Source: an uncultured Candidatus Saccharibacteria bacterium (GTDB lineage Bacteria; Patescibacteriota; Minisyncoccia; Phycocordibacterales; UBA9973). Taken from it: 64,000 nt of DNA. Positions 43,295-52,035 of the stretch are shown here, piece after piece (within the stretch, counting starts at the first letter, position 1; every line of letters begins with the position of its first letter). The notes beneath the pieces are model-generated. The model saw only the letters and a program-made list of their open reading frames with translations, did no database searches and was not told the DNA's origin. The position numbers and the translations under genes were made by a program. Location: the NCBI GenBank assembly GCA_964625065.1, contig CAZUZL010000004.1, forward strand, positions 11,040 through 75,039, in the 5' to 3' direction.

Positions 43295-44632
43295 TCAACT
43301 TTTTCCTTTTAAAGTTTGAACAAGTAAGTCGATAGGAACTTCGATTTGGGTTTTTTCAGTCATATTCTTAACAATTGCTATATTTTTAGCAAATTCATTT
43401 TCACCAATGATAACAACTGTCGGAATGTTTAAGTTACTCGCGTAACCAATCTGTCCACCCATACGATTTTCTTTACCTAAATAAAGTTCAGCAGAGATGC
43501 CAATTTTTCGAAGTTCAGTAACAAATTCTATTGATTTAAGTTTTGCTTCATTGAAAATATTTAAAAACAAAACCTCTGTTACTGTAGATTTTTTTGTAAT
43601 CAAATTTAACATTTCTAATGCCGCAAACAATCTATCAATACCAACAGAAGCACCGACTGCAGGAACCTTAGAACCAAATCTGTCTACCAAGTCGTCGTAT
43701 CTACCACCTGAAAATACACTACCTATGGAAGGTAATTTATTCAAAGTTGTTTCAAAAACAACTCCAGTATAGTAACCTAAACCACGAGCAACTGACAAAT
43801 CTACTACAAAAGATTCTTCTGTAACACCAAAACTAGGAAGGTACGAAAGTATTTCCTTAAGTTCAGAAACACCCTGTTTGCCTACTTCACTTGATTTTAC
43901 AAGATCTTCAACTTTTTCAAGAATTTCAGCTGCAGGCAAATCCTTAATTGTGAGGAAATTTTCAATAGTATTACACTGGTCATCAGTTAGTAAAGTTTTT
44001 CCATTAGTTTTTAATTCCTTTCTTACACCATCCATTCCAATTTTATCCATTTTATCAAGGATTCTTAAAACATCAGATGTAATGGAAGGATTAAATCCAA
44101 CAAAATCAGGTAATGCATTCAGAATTTTGCGATTATTTATTCTAATTACAAAATCATCAACATTCAGTGCTTTCAAAGTTGAAACCATTACAGCAATTAT
44201 TTCTGCATCGGCAATACCAGATTCTACACCAGCAACATCAATATCACATTGATAAAACTGATTATAACGTCCTTTTTGAGCTGTTTCTGGGCGAAACACA
44301 GCGCCAATTTCACTACGTTTAAATGGAAACTTAATAGTACCCATATTACTAGCAATGAAAACGGAAAAAGGGACAGTTAAGTCAAATCTTAATGCTCTGG
44401 CAGAATCAGTCCGAGCCTCTTCGTGGATTTTAAAAATCCTCATATCAGAATCACCACCAGTTAAAACTATTTCTTTTTGTAAAATAGGTGTTTCAAGTGG
44501 AGAAAATCCAAAGTTTTGAAAAACATTACGAATGTTATTCAACATCTGTAATCTTGGAATCATAACTCCAGGATCATACACAACGGTACCTCCTGGAAAT
44601 TCAGGGGTAATTTTCAATTCTAATTTACTCAT
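43295..44632 (-). CDS. hisS: Histidine--tRNA ligase
   Basis: Class II motifs: motif 2 FRPETAQKGRYNQFYQCDIDVAG and motif 3 GGRYDDL, with an anticodon-binding domain at the C terminus. Length is 445 aa. Confidence 0.9.
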   Translation of the reverse strand: MSKLELKITPEFPGGTVVYDPGVMIPRLQMLNNIRNVFQNFGFSPLETPILQKEIVLTGGDSDMRIFKIHEEARTDSARALRFDLTVPFSVFIASNMGTIKFPFKRSEIGAVFRPETAQKGRYNQFYQCDIDVAGVESGIADAEIIAVMVSTLKALNVDDFVIRINNRKILNALPDFVGFNPSITSDVLRILDKMDKIGMDGVRKELKTNGKTLLTDDQCNTIENFLTIKDLPAAEILEKVEDLVKSSEVGKQGVSELKEILSYLPSFGVTEESFVVDLSVARGLGYYTGVVFETTLNKLPSIGSVFSGGRYDDLVDRFGSKVPAVGASVGIDRLFAALEMLNLITKKSTVTEVLFLNIFNEAKLKSIEFVTELRKIGISAELYLGKENRMGGQIGYASNLNIPTVVIIGENEFAKNIAIVKNMTEKTQIEVPIDLLVQTLKGKS

Positions 44633-44687
44633 ATATTATATTTATATTTTTACACATAATAACATAATCTTTATTATATGTAAATAT

Positions 44688-46295
44688 TTATTTTACTAGC
44701 AAATTATCTGATTTTATTAAGTCTCTAACTTTCTCTATTTCAGATCTAACATATACATCCCCTTTATAATCACCTAGTGCCTTTAAAATGGTATTGTACG
44801 CAACTGATGTTCCAGCACCAAGTTTACGTAACTTAGCAGGAAGTTTTTCTTGAGTAATTTGTATACCTCTAGTAGCACACAATAGTTCTATTGCTAGTAA
44901 TGTTTCTAGGTTTTTAATTACTTTACGTAGATGTACTGCACCCACACTCCCCATTGACACAACGTCTTCTTGGTTTGCAGCAGTTGAAACAGACATTACA
45001 GATGCCGGTGTTGAAAGTACTCTGTTTTCAGCAACTCTAGACGCACCTGCATATTGAGCTATCATGTATCCAGCGTCAGCTTTGGAAGTGTCGAAAGCAA
45101 GATCCCCTGGTAAACCATAACTTAGATGTGAATCAAGTAACGAGAAAGATCTTTTATCACTAGCTATACTTAGTGATGTTAATGTCATTTTTACATAATC
45201 TATAGGTGAAGCCAGTAATTGACCGTGGAAATTACCGCCACTGGCAAAAGAAACGGTTTCAGTATTTTTACCATTAATTTTTACAGTTACGGTTTTTTCA
45301 AAATCAAAAACAGGATTATCTGTTACAGAATTAATTTCAGTGGTCAACGTCTGTTTTAACTTTTCGATTGCTTCAAAAGCTGCACCATGAATCTGAGGCG
45401 CGCATCTAAAACTATATCTATCTTGAACACGTTCTTTGTTACGTTCATTTGAAAATTGAATTTCTTGAGATTCTTTTGTTGTTCTCATTGAACCTTTTAT
45501 CAAAGATCGTATTTGTTTTGCAATTGCAATTTGGCCAATATGTCTATCAGATTGCTCGTTTATAAGTTCTTGGAATGCTCGTTTTTCTCCACGTACAGCT
45601 TCTAAAGAAAGCGCTGTACTTAATGAAGCAATATTAAGCAATTTTTCTGCTTCTAGAACAGAAATTGAAGCAATTGATGCAATAAAATTTGAACCATTTG
45701 TTAGACCCATGGCTTCTTTAGCACCTAGTCTAATTGGTTTTATGCCACTTTGCTTTAACGCTTCTGGGGAACTTAATAATTTACCTTTATAATAAGCTTT
45801 ACCGTCTGGTAAACCAATAATAACAGCACCTATCATTGCTAGTGGCACCAAATCTCCACTTGCACCCACAGAACCTTCTTCTAATATCCAAGGTGTAACA
45901 TTTTTATTTAAAAGTTCTATTAGAATATTACACATATCCCAACTTACTCCGGAATGTCCTTTTAGAAATGAGTTAAGTCTAATAACCATAATTGCACGAG
46001 CTTCTGGAATAGATAATGGTTCACCTGTGCCACAATTATGAGTTTTTATATATTTTACTTGATATTCTTCGATGAATTCATAAGGTACAGCAACATCTTT
46101 TAGATCACCATGCAGACGATTTGTTCCGTAAATAGGTATTTCTGGAAAATTTTTAATCTGAGATTCTAGTTTTTTTCGATGATTTTTAATTTTATTCTGA
46201 AGCACTGGACTTACAGACACACCTGATTCTCCGATTGCAATAGAATGAAGCTCTTTTAATGTTAGACTTTTACCTGTTAAATTTATATTACTCAT
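44688..46295 (-). CDS. MIO-dependent aromatic amino-acid ammonia-lyase family protein (histidine ammonia-lyase-like; divergent N-terminal substrate loop)
   Basis: The Ala-Ser-Gly triad that forms the MIO cofactor sits in GSVGASGDLVPLAM. Length is 535 aa, and HAL/PAL-like length and motif order hold throughout. The substrate-loop region reads IYGTNRLHGDL rather than the HAL-typical YGINTGFG. Confidence 0.7.
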   Translation of the reverse strand: MSNINLTGKSLTLKELHSIAIGESGVSVSPVLQNKIKNHRKKLESQIKNFPEIPIYGTNRLHGDLKDVAVPYEFIEEYQVKYIKTHNCGTGEPLSIPEARAIMVIRLNSFLKGHSGVSWDMCNILIELLNKNVTPWILEEGSVGASGDLVPLAMIGAVIIGLPDGKAYYKGKLLSSPEALKQSGIKPIRLGAKEAMGLTNGSNFIASIASISVLEAEKLLNIASLSTALSLEAVRGEKRAFQELINEQSDRHIGQIAIAKQIRSLIKGSMRTTKESQEIQFSNERNKERVQDRYSFRCAPQIHGAAFEAIEKLKQTLTTEINSVTDNPVFDFEKTVTVKINGKNTETVSFASGGNFHGQLLASPIDYVKMTLTSLSIASDKRSFSLLDSHLSYGLPGDLAFDTSKADAGYMIAQYAGASRVAENRVLSTPASVMSVSTAANQEDVVSMGSVGAVHLRKVIKNLETLLAIELLCATRGIQITQEKLPAKLRKLGAGTSVAYNTILKALGDYKGDVYVRSEIEKVRDLIKSDNLLVK

Positions 46296-46394
46296 AAAAT
46301 GATATTAAACCTAATAAATCACTGTATTTTTAGTATATATAATTATAATTAATTAAGCAATATATTTTTAATTCGGTAAACACTAAAAAATACA

Positions 46395-46424
46395 AAAACA
46401 GCTTACATTGTAAGCTGTTTTTTA
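46395..46424. terminator. Terminator between the GNAT gene and the ammonia-lyase gene
   Basis: aaaaacagcttaca-tt-gtaagctgtttttt. Confidence 0.65.
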
Positions 46425-46441
46425 ATAATTTACTCAAAATT

Positions 46442-47113
46442 TTAAACTTGAGAAACCTGGATTGCGGCAATAACCTTTGTTCGACCACTATCTTCTATAG
46501 TATGAACAATATCATAACCTAATTTTTCAACCATCCACTTATAAGTAATACTGGGAGGTTGACTTAAAGTTCTAAAAAATACAACTCCGTCGGGATCTAC
46601 ACTTTTAAAGTGTTGATGTCGAGCAGTATATAGTTTTTTAGCAATACCAGAACCCTGGTATTCTGGAAGTACTGCAATTTCGTCCTGGTATGCAAACCGA
46701 GAATTGTTGATGTCTCTTTTTCTGAAGGAATCTGCAAGTCCGTTGGCACCAAGATGTTTTTCAAGGCTTTCGTTTATCTCAACAAAATAACCCCAACAAA
46801 AACCAACAATGTCATTTTCAGGATTTTCAGCAATAAAACATACTGCACCTTCTTTTCCCATTTCTTTGTAGAAATCCTGCAAGACTTCAGTTTTTGTCCA
46901 GTATTCAACTAACGGAACACTGTATCCGTCAATTTTACAAGTAGAACAATCTTTTTCTGGAAACGATTCAGGGAAATGATGCCCACATTTAGGACATTTC
47001 CAGAACTCACTCCAGTTTTTGTCGGTAGAGAAGACTTTTATATAAGCCTCTGCGATACTAAGTACGTCGGACCAAGAAATTGATTTCAGGTCAACTTTTT
47101 TGATAGTTATCAT
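46442..47113 (-). CDS. GNAT-family N-acetyltransferase with an inserted CxxC...CxxC zinc-ribbon
   Basis: GNAT motif A, QDEIAVLPEYQGSGIAKKLYTA, plus CPKCGHH...CSTC near the N terminus. Confidence 0.55.
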   Translation of the reverse strand: MITIKKVDLKSISWSDVLSIAEAYIKVFSTDKNWSEFWKCPKCGHHFPESFPEKDCSTCKIDGYSVPLVEYWTKTEVLQDFYKEMGKEGAVCFIAENPENDIVGFCWGYFVEINESLEKHLGANGLADSFRKRDINNSRFAYQDEIAVLPEYQGSGIAKKLYTARHQHFKSVDPDGVVFFRTLSQPPSITYKWMVEKLGYDIVHTIEDSGRTKVIAAIQVSQV

Positions 47114-47170
47114 GGTTATTAATATTTAATTTTTATTAATTATATAAAAATTACCATTTTTGTCAATGCA

Positions 47171-47986
47171 CTAAACTGCCAACAAAAAACACTCTTGACC
47201 AACAGCACCTTCTATGTTATGTGCAAAAAGTATTTTAGAATCATATGGTGCTGTTACAACCGTGTTACCATCCATACCAATTATGGTGTCTTTTGAAATA
47301 TTTTCAAAATCTTTAAATACTTTACTTAAAGTAAATTTAGAATTTGTATTTTTATACAAAAAGTTTATAGATATTTTTTCTTGTTTTACTTTATTATTAT
47401 TTCCAGTTGTATGGCCCATAGCCATCAAAAAAGAATTGATTGTTTCTATTGCTTTATCTACAGCAGCAGGGTCTTCATGTTGACCACATTCAACACAGAT
47501 GCCGATTTTATTATTTAAATTCATGTACGAATCTGTTCCGCCGGGTTCAAATTCATCAAAACCAGATACAACTAAATTAAATGGTAACTGTTCAGATATA
47601 AAATTATTTTTAGGTTCTGCAATTATAAACTGCTTACTATCAATGTTTCTACTAGAATGTATGTCCAACAAGGCGTCAGATTTATCAAGTAAAGACCTTA
47701 GTTCAACTGAAATACCATATTCATATGTTTTAAGTTCGTTTTCAGTTAGTTGATCAATATTTTTAAAAGCTCGGTTTAGGTTCATATCGACAAATCTAAC
47801 GTTTTTTTCAACAGCTTTTGGGTTGCCAATTTGAAAAATCACAGTTCCGTTTTCGATATTTAGACCATCTAAAATAGATTCAAAAGCAACAATACCGCAA
47901 GGTTCATTTCCATGGATACCCGCTAAAATAACACTTGTTTTACCAGGGTTTTTACCTGTTTTAGTTATTGGGTATTTTTCTAACAT
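47171..47986 (-). CDS. Succinylglutamate desuccinylase/aspartoacylase (AstE/AspA) family zinc hydrolase
   Basis: ILAGIHGNEPCG (HxxE zinc motif) and LLDIHSS (second His), with a family-typical length of 271 aa. Confidence 0.65.
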   Translation of the reverse strand: MLEKYPITKTGKNPGKTSVILAGIHGNEPCGIVAFESILDGLNIENGTVIFQIGNPKAVEKNVRFVDMNLNRAFKNIDQLTENELKTYEYGISVELRSLLDKSDALLDIHSSRNIDSKQFIIAEPKNNFISEQLPFNLVVSGFDEFEPGGTDSYMNLNNKIGICVECGQHEDPAAVDKAIETINSFLMAMGHTTGNNNKVKQEKISINFLYKNTNSKFTLSKVFKDFENISKDTIIGMDGNTVVTAPYDSKILFAHNIEGAVGQECFLLAV

Positions 47987-48025
47987 ATTTACATGTTATC
48001 AGAAAAAACGAATTATAACAAAATT

Positions 48026-49741
48026 TTATCTATCCGGTGGGATTTCGTAATAGTGTATAAGGTATTTAGAGAATTCCAAAAATGGGGGTATCAATGTTTG
48101 TGATGCATACTGTGCACCCTTCGGGTCGCGTATGAAGAAATACGTTACAAAACGTGGGTTTGATACTGGAAAGTAAGAGAAAAACGAATGCATGTGTTTG
48201 TCTGGGTAGTAGCCCTGACCGTTTGGCATAGCCACCTGTGCTGTACCAGTTTTAGCGGCAACAGTATAATGTTCGTATTTTATTTTACCGCCACCATATG
48301 CCACATCGAAAACATGGGTTAACATTGTGCCGATAGTTTTTGTAGTTTCAGTTTTTAAAACTTGTGCACCCAGTGGATAGTCTATAGGTGTGTAGCCGGT
48401 TAGTTCCTTGTCTATACCTGCCACTACGTGTGGTTGCACCATATAGCCACCGTTGGCCAGTGTACCCCATGCACGCACCGCCTCTATAGGTGTAACGGCT
48501 ATACCCTGCCCGAACGCCGCTGTTGCATAGGCAACTTCATCTTTAGCCTTAAGGTTTGAAACAAGTCCAGACAGTTCACCTGGTAAACCTAAATTAGTCT
48601 TTTCACCCAAACCGTACGACAACATATATTTTCGGAAATTGTCATGTCCAAGTTTGTTTTCTACGAAAACCATACCAGTGTTTAACGACTGGTCTAGTAC
48701 TGTTTGCATTGTAGCAATACCACGACCCTTCTTATCGAAGTTGTTTATAGTTTTACCACTGATAGTTAACGAACCTGTGTAGTCTGTATATGTAGAATCT
48801 GGTGTTAGTAGACCCATGTCTATAGCAGCTGCCATAACCAAAGGTTTAACAACAGAACCTATTTCATAAACACGTTCAGTGTTTGGGTTTAGGAATACAC
48901 TTGGGTCCTTAACTTTGCCGTATTCGTTCGGGTCAAACATAGGGTCGCCAGCCATAGCTATAATACTACCGTCGCGTGGGTCCATAACTATACCACCGGC
49001 TATTTCACCGCTCCATTTTTCGCGGACTGCTGTCATGGTTTTTTCTAGCTCTGCCTGAACTGAAGGTTCTATAGTTAGAACTACGTCGCCTTCGTCTACA
49101 GTGTTTTTAAAAACTGTGTCGTTTATGTCGCCAAAAACTTCTGCAAAAAAGTTTACATTTACTTCGTCAGCTTTACGTGACAGTGTTGCATTAAAAGAAT
49201 TTTCAAGTCCAGCACGCCCAACAAGTTTGTCTTTGTCGTCAAAACCAACAAAACCTAAAGTCTGTGACGCAATAGCCCCACCTGGGTAAAAACGCCATTT
49301 TTCTTTGTACAATGCTACACCAGGCAGGTCTGCATCGCGTAGTGCTTTTGCTTGTTCGTCTGTAAGTCTGTTTACTATTTCTTCGTATGGGTCTGTAGTT
49401 TTAGCTACTTTTTTATCAAAATCTGCGCGGTCTATTGGTACTACTTCATTTATTTTTGTATATACCAATTCTGGGTCTGTAACTTGGCGTGGTGTTATAG
49501 CCAGCTTGTAGCCCAACTGCATTGTAGCAGCGGTAACTCGTTCACCTTCCTTTGTTGTAAAAAACACACTGCCTCTGTCAAAAACATTACCAGACGGAGA
49601 CATAAACTGCCTGTCAGCACGGTCGGCATACGAATCGTGGTGCAGAACTTGAACATAAAAAAGGCGTACGATAATACATACACCAACAAACAGGAAAAAA
49701 CCCGCTATTACATATATTCTTTTAGATTTATTCGTTTGCAT
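48026..49741 (-). CDS. ftsI: Penicillin-binding protein, class B transpeptidase (FtsI/PBP3-like), in the division cluster
   Basis: N-terminal TM helix. SxxK in GSVVKPL and KTGTAQ. It lies downstream of mraZ-rsmH-ftsL. Confidence 0.8.
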   Translation of the reverse strand: MQTNKSKRIYVIAGFFLFVGVCIIVRLFYVQVLHHDSYADRADRQFMSPSGNVFDRGSVFFTTKEGERVTAATMQLGYKLAITPRQVTDPELVYTKINEVVPIDRADFDKKVAKTTDPYEEIVNRLTDEQAKALRDADLPGVALYKEKWRFYPGGAIASQTLGFVGFDDKDKLVGRAGLENSFNATLSRKADEVNVNFFAEVFGDINDTVFKNTVDEGDVVLTIEPSVQAELEKTMTAVREKWSGEIAGGIVMDPRDGSIIAMAGDPMFDPNEYGKVKDPSVFLNPNTERVYEIGSVVKPLVMAAAIDMGLLTPDSTYTDYTGSLTISGKTINNFDKKGRGIATMQTVLDQSLNTGMVFVENKLGHDNFRKYMLSYGLGEKTNLGLPGELSGLVSNLKAKDEVAYATAAFGQGIAVTPIEAVRAWGTLANGGYMVQPHVVAGIDKELTGYTPIDYPLGAQVLKTETTKTIGTMLTHVFDVAYGGGKIKYEHYTVAAKTGTAQVAMPNGQGYYPDKHMHSFFSYFPVSNPRFVTYFFIRDPKGAQYASQTLIPPFLEFSKYLIHYYEIPPDR

Positions 49742-50060
49742 GGCCGGCAAATGCAACTGGCAATGGGGTGCGGTCTACATATGCAACATGTCCGACCGGT
49801 ACAAAACCATTAGCTGTTGCATAGACGTAGTCGTATTGTTTGGTCAAACTTAAGTATGTTAGTTGTAGTTGTCCAACATGACTTAGGTTTGTTTTTAAAG
49901 CTGTTTCTAGACCGCGGCGTTCTACAACGTTGAATGTTATAGCACTAATAAAATATACATATAAACCTATCATCAACAAACACAATGTACCGACGACTTT
50001 ATACACCTGTTTACCAGATGCATGCATGTTTATTTGTTGTTGAACTTGTTTATATGACAT
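49728..50060 (-). CDS. FtsL-like small bitopic division protein
   Basis: A 110-aa protein with a single TM helix, located between rsmH and ftsI. Confidence 0.45.
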   Translation of the reverse strand: MSYKQVQQQINMHASGKQVYKVVGTLCLLMIGLYVYFISAITFNVVERRGLETALKTNLSHVGQLQLTYLSLTKQYDYVYATANGFVPVGHVAYVDRTPLPVAFAGHANE

Positions 50061-50061
50061 T

Positions 50062-50940
50062 TTATTTTTCTATTATGCGAAGCTTGGCACTTCGACTCCG
50101 TGGGTTACTGCTAATTTCAGTATCGGTTGGAGTTATTGGTTTTTTAGTAATAATTTTCGCACCCTCTTCTTTTTTTGTATTAAAAAATTGTTTTACTATT
50201 CTGTCTTCTAATGAATGAAACGATATGCATGCTATGCGTCCGCCTGGGGCTAATACATTCCACGCTGCAGTTAAACCTTCGTTTATGTTGTCTAGTTCCT
50301 GGTTTACGGCTATGCGTATTGCTTGGAAGGTTCTAGTTGCGGGGTTTATCTTGCCGTTTCTGTATGAAGCCGGTACCGAGCCACGTATTATGTCTACTAG
50401 TTGCGTAGTGCGTGTTATTGGTTCTATAGCGCGTGCGGCAACGATGGCCTTAGCTATACGACGAGAATAACGTTCTTCGCCGAAACCATAGATGATAGTT
50501 GCTAGTGTTTCTTCGGCCCAGGTGTTTACTACGACCATTGCTGTAACACCGTCTTTGTTATGTTCCATTGTCATTAGTAGTGGTTCGTCTTTTGCAAAAG
50601 AAAACCCACGACCACTGGTGTCTATCTGTGGAGACGACAAACCAAAATCGAATAGTACACGGTTTACTTGATCTATTCCCTTAGTCTTTAATAAAGTTTC
50701 TAAGTTGCGGAATTCACCAAGTAAAAATGTTGCTTTGTAACCTTTGTTTTTAAAAAGAACTTCGGTACGGTCTAGGGCCGCTTGATCGCGGTCGATACCA
50801 ATAACCGATACTGTTGGGTAGCGCCCACACACACTGGCGCTGTGCCCGCCGGAACCCAGTGTTCCGTCGAGGAATGTGTCGCCGGGTTTAATGTCTAACC
50901 CATTGATACTTTCCTCTAATAAAACTGAAATGTGGTCCAT
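50062..50940 (-). CDS. rsmH: 16S rRNA (cytosine1402-N4)-methyltransferase RsmH (MraW)
   Basis: HISVLLEESINGL...DGTLGSGGHS SAM-binding motif. Length is 292 aa. It lies downstream of mraZ. Confidence 0.9.
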   Translation of the reverse strand: MDHISVLLEESINGLDIKPGDTFLDGTLGSGGHSASVCGRYPTVSVIGIDRDQAALDRTEVLFKNKGYKATFLLGEFRNLETLLKTKGIDQVNRVLFDFGLSSPQIDTSGRGFSFAKDEPLLMTMEHNKDGVTAMVVVNTWAEETLATIIYGFGEERYSRRIAKAIVAARAIEPITRTTQLVDIIRGSVPASYRNGKINPATRTFQAIRIAVNQELDNINEGLTAAWNVLAPGGRIACISFHSLEDRIVKQFFNTKKEEGAKIITKKPITPTDTEISSNPRSRSAKLRIIEK

Positions 50941-51374
50941 TACAGAACTCCGACTGAACCAAGCTTTTCAGCTAAGGTGTCGGCTGATTGTTCGACTTTG
51001 CCTTTATAAGAATTCCACGTAGCCTCATTCCAAACTTCGAGACGGTTACCAAGGCCGATAAAAGCAACTTTGTTGCCCAAACCTGCACGTACTTTCAAAT
51101 GCTCTGGAATAAGGATACGACCACTAGCATCTACAGGTAGCATTTCTGCTGCGCCGAACATGTAGCGGTTAAAACTTCGATTGTCTGCTTGCAAAAACGA
51201 ACGTTCTAATAATGTTGCTGAAATAGTTTTCCATTCAGACACAGTAAAGATAAAGAGACATTGGTCGAGGCCTCCGGTAATAACCACTTCTTTACCTAAA
51301 AACTTTTTAAATTTTGCAGGTAATGAAATACGATTTTTATCGTCTAGTGTATGAATGTGTTCGCCGATCAGCAT
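50940..51374 (-). CDS. mraZ: Transcriptional regulator MraZ
   Basis: Duplicated DxxxR motifs (LDDKNRISLPAKF and VDASGRILIP). Length is 144 aa. It is the first gene of the dcw-type cluster. Confidence 0.9.
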   Translation of the reverse strand: MLIGEHIHTLDDKNRISLPAKFKKFLGKEVVITGGLDQCLFIFTVSEWKTISATLLERSFLQADNRSFNRYMFGAAEMLPVDASGRILIPEHLKVRAGLGNKVAFIGLGNRLEVWNEATWNSYKGKVEQSADTLAEKLGSVGVL

Positions 51375-51488
51375 AATATATCGGTGTTATAAGGGTTTAA
51401 AAAGTTTTTATGCCACAAACTTTGTATACCACTTCGTCCCACCTTACCCCATTTTACACCACTTTGTACCACACCGCAAATGGTGTAA

Positions 51489-51869
51489 ATGCCCTATCTG
51501 TGGATAAGTACTGGCATTTTAAACCACATTTGTTATAGTTGTGTAAACCCCTTAATTAGTTTTATTATGGAACACGAATTACATGAAAAATCAAAAGGAA
51601 TCAAGTACCTACTAACAGAAATTGCTGCGGAACTTCTTAAAAAAGATCCTAATCTAAAAATAAAAATAAATTTTGCACCCGTAGAGCCTGTCGTGTCTAT
51701 GTTCGAAAAAGAAACACGTGAAGAGAGCGAGGTTCGACTCAATGAATTTCACAAATCATCTATTGCAAAAAATGTTGACAAGACGGAGTATTATGAATTT
51801 TCAGGAATGCCTTTTGGTATACCCTTAAATTCTTTGGAATTTCCAAAACACAATTTCGTTAAACTTTAG
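51489..51869 (+). CDS. Hypothetical protein; the real start may be MEHELHEK at about 51567
   Basis: ORF followed by the terminator at 51875-51907. Confidence 0.4.
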   Translation: MPYLWISTGILNHICYSCVNPLISFIMEHELHEKSKGIKYLLTEIAAELLKKDPNLKIKINFAPVEPVVSMFEKETREESEVRLNEFHKSSIAKNVDKTEYYEFSGMPFGIPLNSLEFPKHNFVKL

Positions 51870-51874
51870 AATCA

Positions 51875-51907
51875 AAAGCCCTGCATGTTAGAATGCAGGG
51901 CCTTTTT
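51875..51907. terminator. Bidirectional terminator (gccctgcat...atgcagggc stem)
   Basis: aaagccctgcat-gttaga-atgcagggccttttt. Confidence 0.7.
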
Positions 51908-51924
51908 AATTTTGTTTTTTCAAG

Positions 51925-52025
51925 TTCCCTCTCCTTACCAAGGAGAGGGCTAGGGAGAGGTTCAGATCTAGCTAGGTCAACCTCTTCCGCCTTCGGCACC
52001 TTCTCCTTGGTAATGAGAAGGGCAA
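51925..52025. repeat. Cluster of three GC-rich hairpins of the same family as the tsaD insertions
   Basis: ccctctcc-ttacca-aggagaggg; ggagaggtt...aacctcttcc; ccttctc-cttggtaat-gagaagg. Confidence 0.55.
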
Positions 52026-52035
52026 CAACCACCTT

